DNA from: Folioceros fuciformis
Lineage: Eukaryota
Direction of reading: 5' to 3'
NCBI GenBank assembly: GCA_049999805.1
Contig: JBNGIO010006314.1
Coordinates: 348,453 to 412,452 of the forward strand
DNA: 64,000 nt
The notes under the pieces are model-generated. The model saw only the letters and a program-made list of their open reading frames with translations, had not been told where the DNA came from and made no database searches. The position numbers and the translations under genes are program-made. This document shows, one piece after another, positions 1-12,317 of the stretch. Position 1 is the stretch's first letter, and every line of letters starts with the position of its first letter.

Positions 1-3000
1 GATTTAGAGCCTCCAGGAAGGGAAGGTGTCCAAGAGTTGGACAACAGGTCTTCCAACATCTTCGACGTGCTCAAGAGCCCGTCCAAGGCAACTATCCCGA
101 CATTTTCTGAGCCACCTTCCCCTACTGCGCCTTCTGCTTTCGGGGCTGTGAATGGGGGCTTCTGTTTCCCCACCGCAGGCTTAACGCCCCCGACGTCTCC
201 ACCGCGTCCGCCTCTTATATCCACTTCGAGAACTCTTTCCAGGAAATGGAAAGAAGAAGGAGTGCATGGATTGAAAAAGGTAACCTTCACCCTGCATCTA
301 CATCAGTCCGACCCTTCCTGTCCATTGTGTCCTACCTGAACGTTTGTGCTTGCATGCATTTCACCTCCTCTCCGCCCACAATGCCTGCTGATTTCCTGGC
401 TGCTGCACACATTCAATGCCGTCTTTGTTTTTAAGCTGCTGCACACGCATATCCGAAGCATATCTTTCTCTTGTCACCTGCCGTCCTGTGTGTCAAGTCC
501 AAGTCGGCTGCGTTTACAATGGGACAGGTTTTCTGCTGCACTGCCTTCTTACTAGTCCAAAACATGCATTCCGTCGTGTGCACTGAACAAGTCGTGTACG
601 TTTGCAGAATTCACGAGTTTGGTGTCTTGGTCACGACCATCTGTGGTCCCTAGGGGCCATCGAATCAACTGTGGATGGTGAAACGCTGGTTCGGATGCCA
701 AGTGGACAAGTACGATCTCTCTCTTAGTCTGCAGGTTGCAGTCTCCGCGTGGATGCCAGGCTTCATTTTGCTCTAGCCCCCTTTTTCCCTTCTTTGATGC
801 AGATTATCAAAACTGCTACAGCGAACCTACAACCAGCAAATCCAGACATTCTCGAGGGCGTCGATGATCTCACCCAGCTCAGCTACCTGAATGAGCCTGC
901 GGTGCTGCACAACCTGCAATACAGATATGACCAGGACATGATATACGTGAGGGCATTGGTTGCAACCTTCAAGTCTGTCACTTGTGCATGTGATGGACTT
1001 CGACGATGCTGAATGTTGGTATCTTTTGCAGACCAGAGCTGGCCCTGTATTGATTGCTGTCAATCCCTTCAAGAGAGTACCCTTGTATTCAGCTGATTAT
1101 GTCCAAGCTTATCGTAAGAAGAATGGGGAAAATTTGAGTCCTCACGTTTACCTTGTGGCAGACAGTGCTTACAATGCAATGATTTCAGGTTAGTGCAGAA
1201 GACACTTGCATGTCATGTGCTTCGAAAGACTATGTGCTTTTGTCTAGGCGACATGAGAACCATCTTTCACCATGCTTGCCGGTCCTGAATTGTTTTGCAG
1301 ACGAGATTAATCAGTCCATTATCATCAGGTATCGGCTTAACACATATCGGAGATTAATGTATTCCATGTTCTAGATCCGAACCTGAGCATCAGTGCTGTG
1401 TGTGCGCAGTGGTGAAAGTGGAGCAGGAAAAACTGAAACCGCGAAAATTGCCATGCAATATCTTGCTGCTCTCGGAGGGGGTAGTGGTGTTGAGACTGAA
1501 ATATTGCAAACTAATCCAATTTTGGAGGCTTTTGGAAACGCCAAAACTCTTAGAAATGACAACTCTAGTCGTTTTGTGAGTATTTGTTCAGCACATCCTT
1601 TACTCAGCTGGCGTGCCGTCAAGATTCATAGCTTATCACATGGGTGTGGGGGGCCGCTGCGGGGTTTCTCTGCAGGGAAAGCTCATCGACATACATTTTG
1701 CCAGATCCGGCAAGATATGTGGTGCCAAGATTCAAACATGTAAGCGTGTCTTCTGGCTTGTACTAGCCTATATCCTTCGCGTACATGTGCAATTGTGCGG
1801 CAGCTGGTTCGTCTGACGGTTACCCCTTGGTTTTGGTTGCATGTCCCTGTCTGTTTCCTGGACCTTTACAGACTTGCTGGAGAAGGTAGCTCTCAGGAAC
1901 TCTGTGTGCCTGTCCACCTATTTGTCTCTCTAGCAGATGCTGATTCCGATCCTGGAGGAAAATGAATTCATCAGATGCTCAGCAGCAAAGACTGAGGCCG
2001 TGAATTTGACTGTTGGTGTGCTCTGGGATGCAGTCTCGAGTTGTTCAGCAGGCCAAAGGCGAGCGGAATTATCACATATTTTATCAGCTCTGTTCTGGGG
2101 CTGATGCGGCTCTTCGAGGTACTGCCAAAATTGGCCACCTGCAGAAATTATTAGGTTACCTGTGGAGTTCTCGTCTCCTTTGCATTGGGTATTCATAACT
2201 TTTCTTGAACTCTATGCAGAGAGATTGTGGCTCAGGCCAGCCGAGCATTATCGGTACTTGAATCAGAGTGATTGTATGCGGATCGAGAATATGAATGATG
2301 CAGACCAGTTTCATGCTGTTATGGTAAGTGATTGGTGTTTAAATGCTCGATGCATCTGCTGATGTCTCTTTGCTTCTTGCTCCCCTTGTTATCTGTTTGT
2401 CAGTCTTGTTCTCTAATGATGATTTGCGTTGTTCTCTGTTTCCAGGGTGCAATGAATGTTGTGCAGATCAGCAAAGAGGATCAAGAACTTGCGTTTGCTA
2501 TGATTTCAGCAGTGCTCTGGATTGGAAACATTTCCTTCCATGTGGTTGATAATGATGGTCATGTGAATGTGGTTGAGGATGAAGGTGAGTAGGGCCAGCG
2601 GATTCTCAAATTGGTTGGTGTGAGTCATCCGTCACAAGTTTCAGTCTCCTTTTTGGCTGAAGGGTATTCTGTCATCTCTCAGCCCTTGAAGCAGCTGCAC
2701 ATTTGTTGCAATGCAAAGCGCAAGAACTGACTTCAGCTCTGTGCTTAAGAAAGATGCGAGCTGGGTCTGATGACATAGTTCAAAATCTTAACCTCGCCCA
2801 GGTATGGTGTGTTCCGTTTGGCTTTTGTCCAGATAATGTTTCCGTGGCGAACTCTGTTTACCGCGTTCTCACCTTTTTGAAGCCTTCTGTGTTTCCAGGC
2901 TACCGACTCCAGAGATGCACTGGCAAAAGCTGTCTACGCAGGGCTGTTTGATTGGCTGGTGGAACGTGTCAACAAATCCCTGGAAGTGGGCAAGCGCAGG

Positions 3001-6000
3001 ACTGGCAGATCTATCAGTATTCTGGACATCTACGGGTTTGAGTCTTTCAAGGTATAATCTTGGTTGAAGCTCTTGGGAGAAATTGTTTTTCTACGCTTTA
3101 TCATGTCTTCGTGGGGAGCAAGTGTCTTGGAAGTAAAATTCCTTGTATGTCATGGGCAGAGGAACAGCTTTGAGCAGCTATGCATAAATTTTGCGAATGA
3201 AAGGTTGCAGCAGCATTTCAACAGACACTTGTTCAAACTCGAGCAAGAGGTGCCATATCGCTACCCCTTGTGCACTTTCTGTATGCAAAGTCTACTTGTC
3301 AACCTTAAATTGAACGATGTTTAGTTGGATTCGTAGTCATTCTGTTCAAGTTTCAGTACTGTACATAGCTGACTCATACCCATTTCAGGAGTACACGTCA
3401 GAGGGGATTGATTGGACCAAGGTTGATTTTGAAGATAATCAAGAATGTTTAGATCTCATAGAGAAGGTTGGTGTGATATAAAGTTCTATCCTTGATCAAG
3501 CAATTCATGGAATACAGCAGTTGAGGCAGTCACGAGTCACTAATGCCAATGCTTGGGTTTGCAGAGACCTCTTGGGTTGATCTCATTGCTGGATGAGGAG
3601 TGCACGTTTCCTCGGGCAACTGATGTCACACTGGCCCAGAAGCTGAATGAGCATTTAAAAACAAACGCTTGTTTCAAAGGTGAAAGAAGCAAAGCGTTCC
3701 GGATCTGCCACTATGCAGGGGATGTAAGTAAAAGCTTTCCTTTTGTCCCCTTGTCGTACTATACTAAAAGGGTGTTCAGTTAATGTGTGAAGGCCAGAGT
3801 CCTTCATGATTGATTAGCAGCTCGTTTCACTGCGTGCAGGTTGTGTATGACACAACAGGATTTTTGGAGAAGAACAGGGATCTGTTGCATGCCGACCTCC
3901 TAAATCTTCTTTTATCTTGCGAGTGCCCGCTGCCCCAGCTCTTTGCAGCTGAGATTTCTCAAAGTGTACAGAAATTGATCAGTCCAACAAGGAGAGGACT
4001 TGCATCCAATGAATCGCAGAAGCAGAGTGTGGCAACCAAATTCAAGGTACTAGGTTTTTACAAACAAGGTACACGGGGTGTTTGAATCTGATGTCTGAAG
4101 CAAGACGTGAACATGTGGCTTGTCTGAGTGCAGGGCCAGTTGTCGAAATTGATGCAAAGACTGGAGAGCACAGCGCCTCACTTCATTCGCTGCATTAAGC
4201 CAAACACTTCACAGCATCCAGGGGTGTATGAGCAAGAGCTGGTGTTGCAGCAACTGCAGTGTTGTGGTGTGCTGGAAGTGGTGCGAATTTCTCGATCAGG
4301 ATATCCTACACGACATCTGCATCAGAAGTTTGCAGAGAGGTTGCCCTTTCCTGCTGAATGCGTGAAAGTTTTACCCTCAACAGATTTGAGTAGTATGCTA
4401 CCCTGTTTATGACTGGTATTTGCTAGTCTTTTAATTTAATTTCCCGTACACTTATGTTTTGCAGGTATGGCTTTCTACTATTGAAGAATGTTGCTACCCA
4501 GCAGGATATTTTGAGTGTTTGTGTTGCTATTCTGCATCAATTTGGAATACATCCTGAAATGTATCAAGTCGGTCTGACCAAGTTGTTTTTCCGGGCTGGA
4601 CAGGTCTGCCTCTCTTTGGCCTCAATGACCTCTGAAATGATTTAGTTGCATGATTCTCTACAATGACGAATGCCAATTTTGACTGACAAGTTTCTCCAAC
4701 CAACTGCAGATAGGAAAGCTTGAGGACCTAAGATTGCGCACTCTGCAAGGAGTACTTGCAGTCCAAAAGGTTTTTCGTGGTTATAAAGACAGGCGAGAGT
4801 TTAAGCGGTTGCGGAATGCCACAATTCGTCTTCAGTCATGTAAGAATGTTAGCTGGTTGATGATTTATCAACTTTTGCTGTCCCTGTCCTGACAGCAGCA
4901 TGCACTACAGGGGCCAGAGGTGCAAAGGCGAGGAGGCTATATAAAGTAATGAAAGAAGAGCATATGGCAGCTGTGATGATCCAGAAACATGTTAGAAGGA
5001 AAGCCGCTGAGAGGGCTTATTTGCTGTTCCGTCAAACTGTCATTTCTGTCCAAAGAGGTGAGTATTTTATGAGTTGTCCTGCCGAATTGTTTTATTGGTC
5101 GTGAACAAGCAATGTGTGCGCTGCAAATAGAAGAATCTGACGGTGTGCGGATCGAATTTAGTTGCGCGCGTATGGCTAGCTAGGAGGGCATTGCAAGCTA
5201 GGCGAAAAGAGGTGGAAGAAGAGAGGCTTGCTGCAGACGTTGCTATGTCAAAGATTGTTGACGCTGAACCGATAGAGGAATTTTCTTTCAATGTTGATAA
5301 CCTTCATACAGAAGGCAGGCAGACAGATGCTGATGACCATGATCTCACCGTAAGATGCTCCACTTTTTATCCATCTTGTTTTTGTTTAGTCACATTTACT
5401 TGACAGAACGTTGGAGGGTACTGCGCAAAGTTGCTTTTCATGACAATATTCTGTTTGCCTGACGGTGTTGTTATGCTATTAGAGCTTATCGATATCACAA
5501 GCTGAAGAACTAAGGAAGGCAGAAGAACTGCTGAAGGTACAAGGGACAGAGCTACTGGAGTGGCAAAAGAGGGCCCTCGCTGCTGAGAAAGCTCTTCGGG
5601 AACAAGAAGAGGACAACGGTTTAATGCGTCAAAGGTTGCACCAATATGAAACCCGATGGTCAGAGTATGAGACCAAGATGACATCCATGGAGGCGGTGTG
5701 GCAGCAGCAAATGACCTCACTGCAGTTGAGTCTTGCGGCAGCAAAGAAAAGTCTTGCCAACGATGAATCTCAGCTACAACTGGCCAAGCACGAAGAAGCA
5801 GTAAATCTGAAGCTTACTGTTCCGCCCACTCCCACCAAGTTTCAACGGTCCACGAGGCACATACTGCCTCATGAAGAGGATGACTTCGATTGGGACGATG
5901 CAACTACTTTAGGCACTAAAACTCCCGAGACCAATGTCACTCCAAACAGGTATGGCGGACCTGTTTCGAGCAATGACTATAAGGCATCGAAGGAGCTGGA

Positions 6001-6289
6001 TGCTGGCAGGCCTGTCGTCAGCCATTTGGTGAAGGAATTTGATCATAGGACGCAGGTCTTCGACGATGATGCTGACTTTTTGGTTGAAGTAAAATCTGGA
6101 CTAGCAGATGCAAACCTGAATCCCGAGCATGAGCTCAGGAAATTGAAGCAGCGCTTTGATGTCTGGAAGAAGGACTTTAAGGCGAGACTGCGGGAAACAA
6201 AGGCAGTTCTCCAGAGGCTGGGCAATGGCAATGGAGATTCCGGGGACAAAAACAGGAAGAAATGGTGGGGCAAGCGAACCAATTTGTAG
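1..6289 (+). CDS. Myosin class VIII (multi-exon, 5' end outside window)
   Basis: Spliced GT-AG exons give the SH3-like N-terminus and motor motifs [19 protein letters not shown]-loop [12 protein letters not shown], switch I NDNSSRFG, switch [11 protein letters not shown] and [10 protein letters not shown]. These are followed by about four IQ motifs, a coiled coil and the class VIII tail ([28 protein letters not shown]...KKWWGKR), with TAG at 6287-6289. Confidence 0.97.
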
Positions 6290-7159
6290 ACACTCTTAGT
6301 CGTGCAACAGGGCTGACCCTTACACCCCTGTTGCACAGAGTTGAGGTGATCGTTGCTCTGATCTCCTTCGGGAGCGGCACCTGTATCAAGAAGCTTAGAG
6401 AATTGACTGATTATCTGGCTCCTAACCTTCCCTATTAGTTCCCTGTACATTGCAGGTGTGTAGAGGCTCAAGATTGAGGCCCAAGCTATGTCTGAGCTAC
6501 GCTCAATGTTGGGTCAACTCTACAGTGAGTTCCGTGTATTTACGCTTTTACACATAGTCCCTCACCCTAGGTGACGGTTGTATTTTCCTGTGCCGTTAGT
6601 CCCTGATCAGGTGGAGACTTTGTGAGATGGCGAAGTAAATGGCATTAGACAATAGAGGTAGGTTTGGCCTGATTCCTACCTACTTCCTCACCTAGTCTCG
6701 TGGTCAGATTTTAGACAACAAATGTAACATTGTTTGTTTCAAATAACATCTTGTTATCTATTACAATCTTGAACAACATTCCGAATTCCAGGTGGATAAG
6801 ACGCCTTTCTCTTGAATCTATGCATTTAACTAACTTCCCAGATGCGCCACAGGTGGAAAACAGTCTGAGACGTGCAGACTTCTAAAAATACAGAACTCTG
6901 CTCACATGTTGAGGCAACCAGTTTGAGCAACCAAGATTGAAATTGCACACCTCCGTCTTCCGAGATAAACATCTTAGCACCTCGTACAATATCAGCACCA
7001 GATGCTAACTGGCCATTACACATCTACTTGGCATCCAATTTGCAAATGATACATACTAAATCGGTCTAGTATGACTTGAACCCTGCATATTGTATTTCTC
7101 TTTCCCAGTGCTCTGTGGCATAGGACAGGTTGCAACAGTCAAGGGCATGTGCACTCGCC

Positions 7160-10100
7160 TTAACAAGTAGGAACAATCCACCTATCTATCAACAGATGTT
7201 TGTCTGCCCGCGTTGAGCCTTCGATCTTCATTTTGGAGAACACCTGGTTCAACCTTGCTTCACTCTTAGCATGCTTCCTATCTGCAACAGAAAAGCTATG
7301 CACCAGGCCATCTATGCCTGTCCACCAGGTCTGACCTGGCTGTTTCCATGCCTTAATTTGTATTCTCCTCATCTGCATCTCACGTGCCTGCTCCCACATC
7401 TGAGCACTGGTATATATGTTTGCCATCAACACATAAGCTGGAGCATCGCTCGTGTACCTCCACTGCTTGGTTGAATGCCTGGCATCCCACCTCCACGTTT
7501 CTCCATTTTTGACAGGAACGTAATAGGGTGTGCCAAACTGCAGAATTGGGCAGCATAGGCATTGTCGTTATCAGCACTAGTGCCTCGTCTAGGAGACCAG
7601 CACGGCCAAGAAGGTCCACCATGCATGTGTAGTGCTCCACTGTGGGAGTGATGTTGTATTGCCTGTTCATAGCTTCAAAATTCGGTCTACCCTTGCTCAC
7701 TAGACCTGCATGACTGCACACTGTCAGTACACTAACGAATGTAATACCTACTGGCTGTATGCCAACCTCTCTCATTCTTTCAACCAAGTCAAACACCATT
7801 TCACTCTTTCCTTGACAGGAGTAGGCCGCAATCAGTGCACTCCAGATAACAACGTCTTTTACAGGCAGCGCATCAAACACCTGCTGCGCATCAGCCACGC
7901 TCCCGGACTTCCCATACATGTTTATCAAACAACCCGCTACAAGCTCATCAGAATGGAGCCCTTGTTTTTCAATCTGTGCATGTAACTGTCTTCCCAGGTG
8001 CAAAGCTGCCACATTTGCACAAGCCTGCAGGAGGCACACAAAAGTCACTGAATTAGGTGCAGCTATGCCTTTTTGCATAGCGAAATAAAGACCAAGGGCT
8101 TCTTGGAGCATGCTCTGCTGGGAGTACCCTGCTATCAGTGCATTCCATGTCACCACATCTTTTTGAGTAAGACTATCAAACACATACAGAGCATCTTCTA
8201 GACTGCCACACTTTGCATACATGTTCAGCAAACTGTTAGCTACAAAGAGTTCAGCCTGATATCCTCTAGCTTTGATTTGCACATGAAGCTCCTTGCCTGT
8301 ACCTAAAGCCAGGGTACCCAAGCTTGCGCACGCCTGCAGGAGGCAGGAAAATGTTACAGAATCTGGCACAGCTTTGCCTTCTGCTTGCATAGCACCGTAA
8401 AGAGAGGGCTTCCTGGCCCATCCCCTGCTGTGAATACCCAGCTATTATTGCATTCCACGTTACCACATCTTTTTGACCAAGCTCATCAAACACTCGGCAA
8501 GCATCGTCTATGCTGCCACACTTTGCAAACATGTTTACCAAGCTGTTAGCTATAAACAGATCAGCTTGTTGCAGCCGACCTTTAATTTGCGCGTGAATCT
8601 GCTTTCCCGTCTCCAAAGACGATTTGCCCAGACTTGCACATGCCTGCAAGAGGCACACAAACGTCACAGAATCGGGTAAAGCTGCGCCTTCCTCTTCTTG
8701 CATAGCAGTGAACAGACCAAGGGCTTCATGGCCCATCCTCTGCTGGGAGTATCCCCCCATCATTGCATTCCACATCACCACATCTTTTTGGTTGATTCCC
8801 TCAAAGACACTTTGGGCGTCCTTCAAGCTGCCACATTTTGCATACGTATTCACCAAACTACTGGCTATGAACACATCTGCCTGAAGTCCTCGTTCTCTGA
8901 TTTGCTCATGAAGCTGCTTCCCCTCCTCAAAAGCTGAAGTGCCAACACATGCACATGCCTGAAGGAGGGACACAAATGTCGTGGAATCAGGTACAACCAT
9001 GCCTTTTTCTCGCATGTCACTGTAAAGAGAAAGGGCTTCCTGGCCCAGGCCCAGGTTGGAACACCCTGCTATCATGGCATTCCACACCACCACGCTTTTT
9101 GGATCAACTCCATCAAAGACAATCCGTGCATCTTTCAAGCTCCCACACTTTGCATACATGTTCACCAAACTGCTGGCTACATACACATCAGCTTGATGTC
9201 CCCATTCTCTGATTTGCGCATGCAGCTGCTTCCCCTTCTCCAAAGCTTGGGTTCCTACACTTACACATGCCTGCAGGAGGCACACAAATGTCACACGATT
9301 GGGTACAGATAAGCCCTCTTCTTGCATATCTGTGTGGAGACGAAGGGCTTTCTGGCCCATGCCCTGCTGGCCATAGCCTGCAATTAGAGCAGTCCATGTC
9401 ACAACATTTTTCTGGCTGAGTTCGTCAAACACTCTCTGTGCATCTTCCAAGCTACCACAATTAGTGTACATGTTCACCAAACTGTTGGCTACAAACAAAT
9501 CAGGGTGGAGTTTTTGTTCCCTCATCTGTGCATGAAGCAGCTTTCCCTTCTTCAAAGCCGATGAGCCTACACTTGCACAGGCCTATAAGAGGGACACAAA
9601 TGTCATGGAATTGGGTGAAACCATGCCTTCTTCTTCCATGACACTGTAGAGATGAAGAGCCCTCTGCCCCATACCCTGAAGAGAATACCCAGCAAACATG
9701 GAATTCCATGTTACCACATCTTTTCGATCCAGTTCATCAAACACAGATTGAGCGTCTTGCAAGTTACCACACTTAGCATACATGTTCACTAAAGTGCTGG
9801 CTACAAATACATCATCTTGGTGTCCTCCATTGTCAATTTGCGCATGGATCTGCTTCCCCGTTTCCAAAGCTGCGGTGCCCACACTGGCACACGCATGCAG
9901 GAGGCATGCAAATGTCACAGCATTGGGTACAGCCATGTCATCTTCTTGCATACTCTTGTAGAGACAAAGGGCTTCCTGGCCCATGCCGTGCTGGGAATAC
10001 CCTGCTATCATGGAATTCCACGTGACCACAGTTTTTCGACTCAGTTCGTCAAACACTTTTCGGGCATCTTCCAAGCTGCCACACTTTGAATACATGTTCA

Positions 10101-11819
10101 CCAAAGTATTTGCTACAAACACGTCAGTTTCCAACCCCTGCTCTCTAATTTGTGTGTGCAGCTGCTTGCCCTTCCCCAAAGCTGGAGTGCCCACACCTGC
10201 GCATGCCTGCAGGAGGCTCTTAAATGTGACAGAATCGGGTGCGACCTTGCCTTCTTCTTTCATAGCCCCGTCAAGCATCAGGGTCTCTTGGGCCATGCCG
10301 AGCTCAGAATACCCTGCTATCATTGCATTCCAAGCCACCACATCCTTCTGGGCAAGTGTTAAACACGCTTAGAGCATCTTCCAAGCTGCCACACTTTGAA
10401 AACATGTTGGCCAAACTGCTGGCTATGAACAAATCAGATTCGTCACCTCTTTCTCTTATCTTTTCATGAAGCTGTTTCCCTGTCTCTAACGCCAGGTTGC
10501 TCACACTTGCGCATGCCTGTAAGAGACAAACACAAAGCCACAGAATCGGGTACTGACATGCCTTCTACTAGCATGGCCCTGTAAAGACGTAAGGCTTCCT
10601 GGCCCAAGCCGTGCTTAGAATAGCCTGCTATCATAGCATTCCATGCCACTACATCTTTCTGGGTAAGTTCGTCAAACACTCTTTGAGCATCTTCCAAGCT
10701 GCCACACTTAACATATATATTCACCAAACTGCTGGCTACAAACGCATAAGCTCCATGTCCGTGTTTCCTTATTTGGAGATGAAGGCGCTTTCCCATCTCC
10801 AACCCTGGGGTGCCCACGGAGGCACAGGCCTGCAAAAGACACACAAACGTCACAGAATCCGGAACAACCAAGCCTTCTTCTTGCATAGCACTGCAGAGAC
10901 GTAGGGCTTGCTGACCAGTGCCTTCCTTGGAGTATCCTGCAATTAGAGCAGTCCACGTTACCAAATCTTTTCTTCGAAGTCCGTCGAACACTCTCTGAGC
11001 GTCTTGCAAGCTGCCACACTTTGCATACATATCCACCAAGCAACTAGAAACGAACAAATCAGGCTCCTCGCCACAAGCTAACACATCACTATGCACCTGC
11101 TGCCCAGTTTTCAAGTCTGACCCCCTTGGACAGGCCTGCAGGGCTGCAACAAATACGCGGCCGTCTGGCTTCACGCTTGTTTTGCGCATCCGTTCATACA
11201 GCTGTAAGGTCTGCTTGACTTGTCCATGTTTGACATGCGCAGAAATTATGGCGGACCACGTGAAAGAATCTGGTCTGGCAATTTCTTCGAACACATCCAT
11301 CGCATCTTGCAACCTGCCATGAGAAGCATACGTTCGCAGAATATGGTTGCACAGGAACGTATCAGACTCGTGTCCCGTTTTCACAGCAAAAGCATGGACA
11401 AGGCGACCCAAAACTAGATCCTTCTTGACTGCACAATTCTTCACGATAGTAATGAAGACAGATGAGGAAACACAACGGTCGGTTTGTACCAGAACTCCCA
11501 GAGCCTCAACAGCTTCAGCCAAATGGCCCTGATGACATAGATTGCACACGGTTTCAGCCGTCATGCTAATTTCGTATCCTGCAGGCTTGCACGGGCCGGG
11601 CTCATCCGGCCATTTGGATTTGGAGGCACGACGACCCATCAGCGAATCCTCTGACTCAACCTGGACATCTGCCTTGAACAAATGGATCGGCCCGACAAGC
11701 TCCTGGGAATGGTTATGCCGGCGCCGCAAAGGGCCATCGCAGCGAAATTCGTCGCCAACCCAACATCGCCTTGGACTGGCTGCCGTTCTTACGCGGCTGC
11801 TGGGCCTGGCGAGATCCAT
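7160..11819 (-). pseudogene. PLS-class PPR RNA-editing-factor gene (E domains, truncated DYW:WW-like end), disrupted
   Basis: About 12-13 PLS triplets (repeating MYAKCGSLEDA..VFD..KDVV.WNA.IAGY) are spread over consecutive ORFs. Frameshifts lie near 10530, 10355, 8400 and 7445, with an in-frame TAG at 9583-9585 (where other repeats have CAG/Gln). The C-terminus reads AWKQPGQTWWTGIDGLVHSF. Confidence 0.85.
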
Positions 11820-12317
11820 GTTTGCAAAATGCTTGGTTCCTTCAAATCAGGAGACCTTAGCTTGTCCTCGAATGCTCGTCAACCCCCCAGTTTGTCCAGT
11901 CCACGAAAACTGATTCCACGAGGGGTCCCGCTGGCCATAACAAACGCACAAGACAGCCATGGCATGTGCTGGAGAACGAACGCTCATGAGAAGACAGAAT
12001 TCGAATGAGCCGTACTTGGTGGGCAAACTGGGCTGCTTGGTTCACATTTCTCCCTTCTCGGGCTTAAAATACAACTCCGTAGCATTAGTTACGGACGTGG
12101 AATGTCGATCTATGTACTCTGCACCATGTTCCAACAAGTTTCTGAGGGGAGACTGATGACTACAAAGTCAGCCAGCGAAGTCCTGGACGAACAGGTCACT
12201 GGCACCTAGGCTGGGTTTCCATGGACCCGAACAAAAATGGCGGATGGCATCCGAGGCATCCTAAGCACCATCACGTGCTTTAAAACCTGGAAGAAGTGAG
12301 GGACCCATTGGGCGTCA

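Noticed and set aside
9583-9585. TAG in the PPR gene as a possible U-to-C editing site
   Set aside because: Reverse editing is known for organellar transcripts. This is a nuclear gene that also carries four frameshifts.
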